From NCBI GenBank assembly GCA_034520965.1, contig JAXHMY010000003.1, forward strand, positions 1 through 64,000: a DNA stretch of 64,000 nucleotides, given 5' to 3'. Positions 43,544 to 54,126 of the stretch are shown here, piece after piece. Both the position numbers and the translations under genes were made by a program. The first letter of the stretch is position 1. Every line of letters begins with the position of its first letter. The notes under the pieces were generated by a model. It was given only the letters and a program-made list of their open reading frames with translations, ran no database searches and was not told where the DNA came from. Source of the DNA: Spirochaetia bacterium (lineage in GTDB: Bacteria; Spirochaetota; Spirochaetia; DSM-16054; Sediminispirochaetaceae).

Positions 43544-43948
43544 TTAATATTCTTTAATTATTTTTTCTGTTTCGTTAAATATGTTTTCTGCTTCATCTAA
43601 AAATTCTTTAACTTTATTGATTGATGGTTTTCCTTCTGGCAGTAGTCCGAAATCTGCTGGATATCTTGTATCAATATATACTTGGTTTATTTGATCCAAT
43701 ACTTCTTCGCTTATCTTCATATCAATATTAATTTTTTCTTCTTCAATTTTTTTTAATAATTTTATTAGATCATGCGTTCTTGGTATCTTTTTATTATTTA
43801 GTTCTAATAATGCTTTAAATGACTTTTCAATACATTGTTGGGTATGAAAGGCTGCTATTGTGCTAAGATTATCTACAGTAATTATTGCAATAGTTGCTTG
43901 CAAGTCAGTCTTTGCAAATTTAATCCATTCTTTAGCTTGCTTCTTCAT
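43544..43948 (-). CDS. cassette: HEPN domain protein
   Basis: FHTQQCIEKSFKALL, PRTHDL, YIDTRYP. Confidence 0.9.
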   Translation of the reverse strand: MKKQAKEWIKFAKTDLQATIAIITVDNLSTIAAFHTQQCIEKSFKALLELNNKKIPRTHDLIKLLKKIEEEKINIDMKISEEVLDQINQVYIDTRYPADFGLLPEGKPSINKVKEFLDEAENIFNETEKIIKEY

Positions 43949-44276
43949 ATAGTATTTTTCCAGATTCATGGATTTCTTTTTGAAATGAGTTCATTTCTTT
44001 CTTTAATAATTCATATTGAGGTCGAGTATATACTAATAAATCTAGCGCAACATCTCTGTTTATTTCTCTCAATACTCTTCTTACTCTCATTTTAATTTCT
44101 AGCCAGTCGTCATAATTTTTAGGTAATATATCCTCATTCAACACAATTAGTAGATCAATATCACTTTCTTCATCTTCTTTTTCATTAGCATAAGAACCGA
44201 ATAGTATGACCTTATATACATTAAGTGTGGATAGCTTTTCCAGTATTTTGTCTATATACGAGTTCTTTACAGCCAT
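43932..44276 (-). CDS. cassette: minimal nucleotidyltransferase (MNT)
   Basis: ILFGSYA...SDIDLL, DLLV motifs; overlaps the HEPN start. Confidence 0.9.
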   Translation of the reverse strand: MAVKNSYIDKILEKLSTLNVYKVILFGSYANEKEDEESDIDLLIVLNEDILPKNYDDWLEIKMRVRRVLREINRDVALDLLVYTRPQYELLKKEMNSFQKEIHESGKILYEEAS

Positions 44277-44378
44277 AAATTCATTCTATTTCTCTTTTAG
44301 ATGTTTGTCGAGTATTTTATAACATTTCTGTTTCGTTAGACTTATATGACTTATTAGATATTATGTTTATTTTACACC

Positions 44379-44513
44379 ATATAACGTTCACTTGAGTTGC
44401 TTGACGGTCTTTACCGTAATAAGTCTTTCTATACTATTGTATGTCCTGTGAGCCTGCTACACCAACACTTTCGCTTTTACACCCGCAAAGTCTGCTCCAA
44501 GCGCATGTTATGT
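44379..44513 (-). repeat. attC site, divergent variant
   Basis: 135 bp; consensus R' arm, but different R'' arm (CGCAAAGTCTGCTCCAAGCGCATGTTATGT) and loop. Confidence 0.8.
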
Positions 44514-44804
44514 GGTTACGATTTTGTTTTTTCTATGTGAAGAAAAATGTACATTTTCGCAGCTGGCGCTGTTTCTCAAGCTCCTTAAGTGGGGCGATCA
44601 CCAGGGATTCAAGCTCCGCGGAAAGGCCCCACGCGAATGTATGCAGTATTTTTCCGAGCAGCTTCCGCTTCCCGTCAAAAAATTTTTAAGAACAGCCGAA
44701 CTTTTCGAAATATCAATGTTTTCTTCCAGAAAGCCTACAGCTCAGGAGCTTAAAGAGTATAAAAGCCTCTGCAGAGAGATCCTCAGGCTAAACAAACCAA
44801 AGCA

Positions 44805-44884
44805 ATCATAATGGGGTCAAAGCTGCCTGCCATTTCCAAACAACCGCGCCAAAGGAACGGTCGCCGTGGACCGATGTGTTAGAC
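44805..44884 (-). repeat. probable foreign-type attC remnant
   Basis: Canonical R'' GTCTAAC 22 bp after the esterase stop, then ACATC-GGTCCACG; R' arm poorly conserved. Confidence 0.5.
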
Positions 44885-44906
44885 CGCCATCTGGTTTCGC
44901 GATCTA

Positions 44907-45789
44907 TTACTGTTGCACGCTCCGGTACTGCAGCATCCATTCATATATGGAGCTGTCAAACGGCGCCCACTCGCTTTGTGTAGGTTCGTCGTGTGCCGAA
45001 TGGTACACGGCGTCCCAACAGTTGTGCCCGAGATCAGTGAAGATGGTCAATTTAGCCGTATACTCTGGATCATCGGCATTGGTCATTTTGACAAGGCGAA
45101 CTGATTCCTGTGGATCAATCACTTCGTCTTCCGCGCCGTGAAATGCCCAGATCGGAATATGATCAAACCCATCGCGAGACATATACTCTCTCGCAGCGTC
45201 GTCCGGTAGGAACCCCGCGATGGGGACCGCGGCCGCTATGCGTAGAGACCGACCGTTCCCTCCGACGACTTCCCAAGTCGCCACGCCTCCCAGGCTAAGG
45301 CCTGTAAGATATTGTCTGGTTTCGTCAATTCGGTAATGCTTTCGCAGGTCCGGAAGGATCTCCTCAACACCTTTCCAGGCTGTTTCCGGGTGAGCCTGCG
45401 GTGCCACGACAATAAACGGATGAGGCGGATTCCAAGTCCCTTCGGCGATCATTCGAGGTATTCCGTACTCCAGAACACGCTCCAAGATAACCTCATACTC
45501 GGTACTGTCACCGATTTCCCCACGACCGTGAAGGAAAAAGATTACCGGGTAGTCCTTGTCATGGGAGTCATAGCCCCCTGGCAAATAGACAATGAGGCCA
45601 TTCTTGGCACCAGGAAAGTCCTTGCCAGCGATCAGTTTCAACTCGCCGCCTGTGTCCGGCGGTAGTGACAATTCAGACTCCCACGCGGGATCACGAATCG
45701 TTCTGAACTGAGGGGTACCTCGAACCGCAACCAAGCAGTAACAAGGAAATGACGATCACAATCGCGACAACTACAATACTGACACGCAT
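44907..45789 (-). CDS. cassette: lipoprotein esterase/peptidase, alpha/beta hydrolase (5' frameshift)
   Basis: AGGAGG RBS, LLGC lipobox, FLHGRGE, GLSLGG, WAFHGAED, GHNCW; GC-rich compared with the array. Confidence 0.8.
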
Positions 45790-46202
45790 AATTCCTCCTT
45801 AAAAAAACGTGATTCCTGATGGAGTTCGGTCGCCACAGGATGAACCAGTCGGACCTTCCCTTTTTTTTATACATGATTGTATGGAAACTTTGTGGAGCCG
45901 CAACGAGTGACGGTACTATAACGTCCTGCGGATATACGATATTTTGCCATATTTTCTCTAACAAAGTTATCAACACCTCTTCTTATCAACTTTCTCTTCA
46001 TTATACCACTCCTCTAACTCTTTTTTTTATCTACATTTTAAGTCCTATCTTAGCTCTTTCTATATCTTTTTTATTGTCTTCTTGTTGTGCAGTTGTGATC
46101 ATATTTTTTTTCTTTTTAGTTCCTCTATTAATCAATCAGTTCGTTCATTATTTTTTTATATTGAAAACCTCTTCTTAGGTTGTATTAACAATCGTAGAGA
46201 CG

Positions 46203-46337
46203 GTATAACGTTCACTTGAGTTGCCTGGCGCTGTTATGATTTAGCCCACTCACTTTAACCATTGTAACTCCTGTTTTTCAATTCAACAATCTCTTTCTCA
46301 ATTTCATCGCCAGGACAACTCCAAGTGGTTGTTATGT
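46203..46337 (-). repeat. attC site
   Basis: 135-bp consensus. Confidence 0.95.
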
Positions 46338-46831
46338 AGCGCAGGTTCAAATGAAATTATATTTTATATATGCTTTTTGCATCCGATCAATTAGATTATT
46401 TATTAGGTTATTAACCACGAATGTTTTTCTTATACCTGCAATTTGGATAATTTGAACAACCATAAAATTTACCATATGGTCCATTTCTAACTAATAAATT
46501 TCCTCCACATCTGGGACAAACTAATGATCTTTCTTTTTGTATTCTTTCATAATTATTCTTATGTATCTGCTGCACATGTTCTTTTCTAGTATCTTTATCC
46601 AGGATATTTAATTTCGAAAGTTGATCTGAAATTATTTTTACTTCACTAATAGATAAGTTTTGTCTTATGCTTTTTCTTGCAATAATTTGAAAAAGTTCAT
46701 TATCATTGTCAGCAACGGTGATAAAGTTCCGGATATCGACGGTTTAAAAGTTCCGCTTTTACGACACAAATAAGGGCGGATAACCTATAGTGGGATTGAC
46801 CGAAAATACACCACAAAAGGAAACCGCCCAA

Positions 46832-48113
46832 ATGTGTCGAAAGGAAGATCGGATGCATATAGCTCGCATCCTGGCCAGAGAAGGCCACAGACAGAAAGAC
46901 ATCGCAGCACAGCTCGGAGTCAGTGACCGTATGGTACGAAAGTACCTGAAAGAAGACTTTGGAGCAAGAGCTCGAAAGAAGCGTCGCAGCATTCTCGAGC
47001 CGTTTCACCGAATAATCGATGAGACGATCGAAGAGAATCCCTACACCAACCTGGTGCTGCTGTATGAGCGGCTCAAAAGTCAAAGGTATGGAGGAGGGAT
47101 GACTATCTTACGGGACTATGCCCGAGGGGTCAGGGAGCAAGTGATCACCAAAAGCGGTGCTGCGCTTTGAAACCGAGCCAGGCAGACAAGCCCAGGTCGA
47201 CTGGAAAGAGTGTGGAAGCTGGCTTATCGAGGGGAGAATGCAGAAACTCTATGCATTTGTCATGCTCTTGGGCTACAGTCGACGGCCTTTCGTGCTGTTT
47301 ACCACCAACATGAGGCTCTCGACGGTGTTGTTGGCACATTTGGCGGCCTTTGCCTGGTTTGGAGCTGTGCCTTAGGAGATACTCTACGACAACATGAAAA
47401 CCGCCTGGCTGAATCAGGGCGGCAGTTGGATCGTAAATCCTGGGCTTCTCTCATCGGCCTCGGCCTGTGGGTTTACGCCTCTGAGGTGTAAGGTCCGCCG
47501 GCCTCAAACGAAAGGCAAAGTCGAGAGGTTTATCGGCTATTTGGCGCATAACTTTCTACCGAGAGTGGAGAATCGAGCCGGAACGACACTCGAGGAGCTT
47601 AACGGCGAGGTCGCCGATTGGCTTAAAGAGATAGATGCGCAGCAGATCGGCGGTATTCGCAGCACCCGTGCCGAGAGGTTTGCCGAGGAGAAGCCCTATA
47701 TGAATACCTGGGTACCGGAGGCTGCCCCCGATGTACGGGATATGGTGGGCCTGGTGGTCTCCAGGGAGGGGAAGTTGACCTATCAGACGAACCAATACAG
47801 TGTGCCTGCCGAGCATATCGGCCAAATGGTTACTCTGAAAATAAATACCCTCAACTACCGTTCTCAGGTATTCACTCAGGAGAATCTGCTGCTGCGTGAG
47901 TTTACCCTTTCGACAAAAGGGGCTCGGGAGATGAATATACGCAAGGAGGATACCGAAAGCCTCATAGAGCGTTGGAAAGCCGAACGACGGCCTACGGTAA
48001 AAAAAGCACCACAGGAGGTGACCGATCCGCAGATTCTTGATGAGCTAATAGCCACATCGGTGGAAACACGCAGTCCCGCCTGTTACGATCAGCTGGTAGG
48101 AGCGGCCTCATGA
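46832..48113 (+). pseudogene. istA: IstA transposase (frameshift near 47,150; in-frame TAG at 47,373)
   Basis: [30 protein letters not shown] motifs. Confidence 0.85.
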
Positions 48114-48874
48114 ATGCACTCAGCGAAACGGTAGGAACCCGTATGCAGGAGATGGGTCTGCAGTTCATGGCCGCCTCTCTGGAAAGTTATCTCGAAGAGC
48201 AGAGCCATAGTGACAAAACCCTTCTGCAGTCCCTTGCAGACCTGCTGGAGCTCGAATACCTTCCCCGCAAAGAGAGGGCTGCTCGCAGTCGCCTGAAGCT
48301 CTCGGGGATGCCTGCGGTAAAGCGGTTGGAGGACTTTGATATCTCCTGGCTCAAAGGGGGCCTGTCGGCCCGTCAGCTTGCCGAACTGTCCTCACTGAGC
48401 TTCATAGAGCGGAAAGAGAATGTGGTGCTCATGGGACCCAGCGGCCTGGGCAAGAGCCACCTTATGCTGGCCTTGGGGTACAAAGCGTGCATGACCGAGT
48501 TCACTGTCTGGTACACCAGCTGTATAGATTTGATCGAAGGACTTAAAAGGGCACGTGAACAGGGGCGTTTGAAACGCCGACTGACATGGCTGAAAAAACC
48601 GCATTTGATTCTTATCGATGAAGTCGGTTACGAGAATCTCTCGAAAGAAGAAGCGAACCTTCTCTTCCAAGTGGTCAATGCCCGCTACGAATATGGCAGT
48701 ATGATTCTCACTACGAATAAGGCTTTTGGTCGTTGGGCGGAGGTCCTGGCAGAGGAAGCTATTGCAACAGCCACCATCGACCGGCTTCTCCATCATGCAC
48801 ATGTGTTCAGCCTAAAAGGAGATTCATACCGGATGAAAGACCGGCTGAAAATCGGGGTCGTTGACCCTATGTAA
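48110..48874 (+). CDS. istB: IstB ATPase
   Basis: GPSGLGKSHL, IDEVGY, LTTNK, DRLLHH, GDSYR. Confidence 0.95.
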   Translation: MNALSETVGTRMQEMGLQFMAASLESYLEEQSHSDKTLLQSLADLLELEYLPRKERAARSRLKLSGMPAVKRLEDFDISWLKGGLSARQLAELSSLSFIERKENVVLMGPSGLGKSHLMLALGYKACMTEFTVWYTSCIDLIEGLKRAREQGRLKRRLTWLKKPHLILIDEVGYENLSKEEANLLFQVVNARYEYGSMILTTNKAFGRWAEVLAEEAIATATIDRLLHHAHVFSLKGDSYRMKDRLKIGVVDPM

Positions 48875-49531
48875 AACTATAAAAAGCGGAACCGCTACAC
48901 CGTTGAAAAGCGGAACTTTCTAAACCGCTGTTGACATTATCATAAACAACTGGAACTTGAGAAGTTACGTTTTTTAATTCTCCACTACCAACAAAAACGA
49001 TAATAGGATGATACGTTATATGTCTGAAATTCGAAAGAACTTCTTTTAATGCATATATATGGGACCAATTTTGTTTAATAGGATTCCTAAATTTATCTCT
49101 ACTTTTATAGAAAGTTTGAGTCCAATATTCTGTAATTCTCATTTCCATGTATCCAACCACTATAGTTCTTGGTTTCAATAACAAATATACCATATGTTGA
49201 AATAACAATATGATCTATTTGGCTACTTCCTTTACTTGTTCTTATAAAAATATTATTCAGAACTTTGTATTCTTTATCATCTAGTTTGTTTAATTGCCCT
49301 GCTATCCTTGATTCGCCTATGTGGCCCTTAATTTTTGGTTTATTTATCTTGAAAATGAATATCAAGATAATTGCGATTAAAAATAAAACTATATTCATAA
49401 TATGTTTACTCTTTTACTTTTAATTTGCAATAATTTCACACAACATCCTGTAGATAATGAATTTCATTATGTTATTTCTAATGCATCAATTATTTACCAA
49501 TAAACGGTATAATTAAATTATACATTGTGCT

Positions 49532-49666
49532 ACATAACGTTCACTTGAGTTGCCTGGCGCTGTCCTTATATAGCCCTTTCTCTTTGACCATTGTAACTTC
49601 AGTTCGACAATTCAACAACTTCTTTGCCACATTCACCGCCAGGTCAACTCCAAGTGGTTGTTATGT
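49532..49666 (-). repeat. attC site
   Basis: 135-bp consensus. Confidence 0.95.
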
Positions 49667-49674
49667 GCACCACA

Positions 49675-50759
49675 TCATTTCTTTAATAATTCATACAAAT
49701 CTCTATTAACATAGATTGTTTCTTTCCAAGATTTATATGATTCTAATATTCCTACTTCTTCTAACTGCTTTAGAATTTGCTAGCAGTTCTTCTTTCAGCA
49801 ATATTCTCATTTACTAAAAACTCAATTTTTGTGTACGGCTGTACAAATAATAATTCAATGAGTTCCTTAGAGTAAGTTGTTTTTGGCAGTTTTTCTTTAC
49901 ATAATTCTATAGACTTATTCATTAGATTCATTATTGAAGAAATTATCTGCAATGTATCTTTTGAAGTTTCTTCTACTGCTCTTAGCATAAATAAAATCCA
50001 TTTTTCCCATTCATTATCAGTTCTTACTTTTTGCAATAAATTGTAATATTGTCCCTTGTTTTTTATTATATAATCACTTAAATAGAGTATGGGGGTATCA
50101 ATTAAATTCTTTTGTACCAGATATAAAACATTTATTATTCTTCCTGTTCTGCCATTGCCGTCATAGAATGGATGTATCGATTCAAATTGGTAGTGTATAA
50201 TAGCCATTTTAATAAGAGAATCAATTTCGCTGTCTTTATTCATATAGCTCTCTAAGTTAGAAAGTAAATTCAATATTGTTTTCTCATTATCCGGTGGTGT
50301 GTATATCACCTCACCTGTTTGATCATTCATCAAACTTGTTCCAGGCAGTTTCCTAATGCCAGCATTATTTCCTTCTAAATCTTTTTGTATATTTAAGATC
50401 GTGTTTATACTCAGCCCACCTTTTTTGCTAAGTTCGTTATAACCGGTCCATATTGCTGATCGATAATTTAATACTTCTTTTGTTGCTGTATCGATTTTTC
50501 TTTCACTTTCTGCTAGCGCTTTATATATTTCATCCTGAGTAGTAATTATATTTTCGATTTCAGAGCTTGTTCTTGCTTCCTTCAATACTATGGAATTAAG
50601 TAATATGGTTTCATTTGGTAACAGAGAACAATAACCTTTTAACCTGGCAAGCTCTCTATTTGCTCTTATTGCTTGGTTCAGAATTTTCTTTGTTTCAATA
50701 TCAACCTTTGGAGGAAGATGAGGCAGATCGTTGTATGGTTCATTTTTACTTACGCTCAT
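49675..50759 (-). CDS. cassette: SoFic-like Fic protein (3' frameshift)
   Basis: N-terminal SSEIEN inhibitory motif; HPFYDGNGRTGR Fic motif; C-terminal HTH-like tail. Confidence 0.9.
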
Positions 50760-50818
50760 TTCATGTACATTATAACACATTCTTTGCTCATTACAAGCTT
50801 TTCATGTACATATCGTGC

Positions 50819-50953
50819 ACATAACGTTCACTTGAGTTGCCTGGCGCTATAACGCATTAGCCCACTCTCTTTAACCATTGTAACTCCAGTTCTCCAAATC
50901 AACAATCTCTTTCTCAATTTCATCGCCAGGACAACTCCAAGTGGTTGTTATAC
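50819..50953 (-). repeat. attC site
   Basis: 135-bp consensus. Confidence 0.95.
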
Positions 50954-51103
50954 ACGCCGCATTCATATTTCAATATGTCTTAGATCATGTTATTGGAACT
51001 ATAGTTCATATCTTTATTTTTTTTACTCACACGTGAAGTAATCCTTTTGCCGTTTGATTATTCTTATCTTCCTTAAGTATCTAGTATTTTTTATTCTATT
51101 TAC

Positions 51104-52775
51104 CCTAAATTCCGCAATTTTTATAACTATGTCGAAAAAAATAATTTCTAACCCTATATAAAGTAAAGAATAAAAAGGCAATATTTTTGTTGACATTTGC
51201 CAAAAACATAGTATAGTTATACTATGTTTACTATAGATCAAAAGGTAGGAAAATACACCTACGTATACGAGGTGCACAGCTATTGGGATAAAGAGAAGAA
51301 AGGTCCCAGGCAACAGCGTATTCGTATCGGTAAGCGAGACCCTAAAAGCGGAGAGTTTGTTAAGCTCGAACAAAAAAGACTAAGCCGCGAGTATGGCACG
51401 GTGTATCTGCTTGCATCGATAATCGAGCGTCTCGGACTCAAAGAGCTGCTCAGCGAAGAGTTTCCCTCAGAGGCTCGAGAGATAATTATCGCTGCCTGTT
51501 TTCAGATTTCTGAGCACCGCCCTTTTTACCTCTGTGCAAATTGGTTGGAACACATCTATCTGAGAGAACCGATTGAACTGTCTTCCCAACGTATTAGTCG
51601 TCTGCTCCAGGATATTGGAGAGGATGAAAGAGCGGTCTATCGCTTCTTAGATGAATGGACTGAAAGCCGAGAAGAGAATGAGTTCATCGTCTTTGATATA
51701 ACCAGCGTATCTACCTATGGGAAGGGCATTGACTTTGCCGAGTGGGGCTACAATCGTGACGGTGAGCGCTTGAGTCAAATAAATATTGGTATGGTGTATG
51801 GCGAGCCAAGCACCTTACCTCTTCTCTACTCCCTGTATCCCGGAAGCGTTCCAGATGTAGTGACCCTTAAGAATATGAAAAAGCGTCTTGAGCGAATTGC
51901 GAGCTTACGAGCACTGTTTGTGCTCGATCGAGGTTTCTATAGCTTGAAAAACCTTGACGAGCTGGAGAGTCTTGGCCCTTTTCTAATTCCTTTACCCATG
52001 AGTACTAACGCAGCCCGTGAGTTGGTAGGCTCTCACCGCTCGACGATAGGCTCACCGGATAACGCTTTTCAGATGGGAAAGCAGATATACTACAGCAACA
52101 GCGATGAGCTGTGCATGGGAGAGAATACTTTCAATGCGCATATCTTCTTTAATGAAAAACAAGCCTCAGAGGAGCGTGAAAAGCTAATGACTTTCCTGCT
52201 TACCGTAGAAGATCAGGTGGCAGGGAAAAAGTGGAGCACCTCGAAAAAGCTCATACATTTTCTCGAAGATGGTTTCCCAGGGTGGCAACACAGTTTTTCA
52301 GTAATAGAGGCCGAAGAGGGGTATACGGCTGCAAGACGAAAGGAGGCTATTAATGAGGCCTCAAAGCGCCAGGGAATTTTTATTCTTCTAACTAATACAA
52401 ATCTCACCGCAGAGCAGTGCCTTGAATACTACCGTAGAAAAGATGGAGTTGAGAAACTGTTCGACTCAATGAAACACGGAATAGATATGAAGAGACTGAG
52501 AGTGCACAGCAGAAAATCAGTGCAAGGGCTTTTATTTATAGAGTTCATCAGTCTCATTATATACTCGGAAATACAGCGGGTGCTTCGGGAAAGTGGACTT
52601 GGGAAGAAGCTTACAGTGGAGCAAATGTTGTATGAACTTAAAAAGTTAAGCGTTCTTGAAATTGACGATAAAAAACCAATGATCACTGAACTGACTAAAA
52701 AACAAAAGGATATATTCGGTGCATTCGAAATACCACTACCGATGCTCACATAGTATAAATTTTGCGGAATTTAGG
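51104..52775 (+). mobile_element. IS1634-family insertion sequence
   Basis: Inverted repeats CCTAAATTCCGCAA / TTGCGGAATTTAGG; 6-bp target duplication ATTTAC. Confidence 0.9.
51224..52753 (+). CDS. IS1634-family DDE transposase
   Basis: FDITSVS, GYNRD, DRGFYS, YRRKDGVEKLF (YREK) motifs; intact 509 aa. Confidence 0.9.
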   Translation: MFTIDQKVGKYTYVYEVHSYWDKEKKGPRQQRIRIGKRDPKSGEFVKLEQKRLSREYGTVYLLASIIERLGLKELLSEEFPSEAREIIIAACFQISEHRPFYLCANWLEHIYLREPIELSSQRISRLLQDIGEDERAVYRFLDEWTESREENEFIVFDITSVSTYGKGIDFAEWGYNRDGERLSQINIGMVYGEPSTLPLLYSLYPGSVPDVVTLKNMKKRLERIASLRALFVLDRGFYSLKNLDELESLGPFLIPLPMSTNAARELVGSHRSTIGSPDNAFQMGKQIYYSNSDELCMGENTFNAHIFFNEKQASEEREKLMTFLLTVEDQVAGKKWSTSKKLIHFLEDGFPGWQHSFSVIEAEEGYTAARRKEAINEASKRQGIFILLTNTNLTAEQCLEYYRRKDGVEKLFDSMKHGIDMKRLRVHSRKSVQGLLFIEFISLIIYSEIQRVLRESGLGKKLTVEQMLYELKKLSVLEIDDKKPMITELTKKQKDIFGAFEIPLPMLT

Positions 52776-53211
52776 ATTTACATTTGGTAGCCCGTTCATT
52801 TTTGCTAATGAATTTAAATCCAGAATCCCAACGTATTTAAAACTAACAACTTTGCTTTGCCAATTTTACACTTACTCCGAAAAGTGAAGATTATTTCTAT
52901 TACATTTTCACTCGATCTATTACAATATTAAATATTGTTTCAATTGCATCCATTTTTTTTTATTAGAACTATACTTACGCACTTTATTATTGACCTTTAA
53001 CTTATCGATATTACTTCATCTATGTAATTTTCATTTTATATTTTCACATTACATCACTTATTTATTTATAATTATATTGTTTTAAGCAGTTCTACTATAT
53101 TTTTAAATTCATTATTTTCTCTTCTATCAACTCATTCAATTTTTATATTATTAATTGCCTTAATAAAAATTTCTAAAACCGAATTAATTACATAGTTCTA
53201 AACTGGCGGCC

Positions 53212-53346
53212 GTATAACGTTCACTTGAGTTGCCTGGCGCTGTCATTCTATAGCCCGCTCTCTTTAACCATTGTAACCCCACTTTTGCAATTCAACAATT
53301 TCTTTGCCATATTCACCGCCAGGTCAACTCCAAGTGGTTGTTATGT
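53212..53346 (-). repeat. attC site
   Basis: 135-bp consensus; R'' overlaps the radical-SAM stop codon. Confidence 0.95.
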
Positions 53347-54126
53347 ACTTTTCTCATATATTATATTTCTATCTATAACAGCCATTATACTTTCCTTCCA
53401 CATTATATTTTTATTTTCTTTATTTCTTTTATAGAGATTCATAATGAAATCATCATTTAAAATTTCTATCAGTTTCAGAGCTTTAATATACTCTTCTGTA
53501 GACTTGTCATAACCATTCATTTTCAATCTACGCAATAGATAATTTGGTTTTCCAATCCAAATAGTTTCTGTAATGTAATTTTCAACTTCTTCAATAAGTG
53601 TTTCTATCTGATCATCTAACATTGGTTCACAAGATATACTTGTTTGATAACCATTTTCATATGCGTAAATAAGTGATTTTTTTCTTTCTAAAAATCTTGG
53701 TGCATATGGTTCCCAAAAACTTAATGTTTCATCAAATACTGAACCAATTGTAAAACGGAATAGTATTTTGTCTTTATACTCACTGAAAGTATCACAAATT
53801 CTTTTTATTACCTCTAAGTTTGGTTTTGAAACTAATAAGAGATATTTTCCATTTGTAAGAATATATTTTATAACCTCTATTTCTTCATCTATATATTTTT
53901 TTGATAAATCATGACTAGAAGGAAACATAATTGTACCAGTTTCCTTTGGTAACTTTATTTCATTAACTGTTTTTATCTTTTCCTCGAATTTCCAATTATC
54001 CCTGTTTTTCCTTTTAAACCTTATCGCCATTTCTTTACTGTAACAATATTTACAGTCATTCTTACAGCCATTTAAGATATTTACATTATGTGTCGCCCAT
54101 TCCAAAGTTCCAAATTTTCTTTTCAT
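53341..54126 (-). CDS. cassette: radical-SAM-like protein (DUF5131/SPL-like)
   Basis: EWATHNVNILNGCKNDCKYCYS (CxxxCxxC); ISCEPML, IWIG; start abuts the tcmP stop. Confidence 0.75.
   Translation of the reverse strand: MKRKFGTLEWATHNVNILNGCKNDCKYCYSKEMAIRFKRKNRDNWKFEEKIKTVNEIKLPKETGTIMFPSSHDLSKKYIDEEIEVIKYILTNGKYLLLVSKPNLEVIKRICDTFSEYKDKILFRFTIGSVFDETLSFWEPYAPRFLERKKSLIYAYENGYQTSISCEPMLDDQIETLIEEVENYITETIWIGKPNYLLRRLKMNGYDKSTEEYIKALKLIEILNDDFIMNLYKRNKENKNIMWKESIMAVIDRNIIYEKST

Larger units (their letters stand above)
46707..48936 (+). mobile_element. IS21-family insertion sequence
   Basis: TGTCA...TGACA ends with subterminal AAAGTTCCG repeats; 7-bp target duplication TTATCAT; istA and istB. 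Confidence 0.95.
46411..49398 (-). pseudogene. cassette: NERD nuclease with topoisomerase-type C4 zinc ribbon, interrupted by IS21
   Basis: GHIGE, QIDHIV..YGIFVIETKNYSG before the IS; CPRCGGNLLVRNGPYGKFYGCSNYPNC after it. Confidence 0.9.

Noticed and set aside
45915..45972. CTATAAC...GTTATCA as an extra short attC
   Set aside because: The inner arms do not pair convincingly and the flanking ends do not match a cassette partner.
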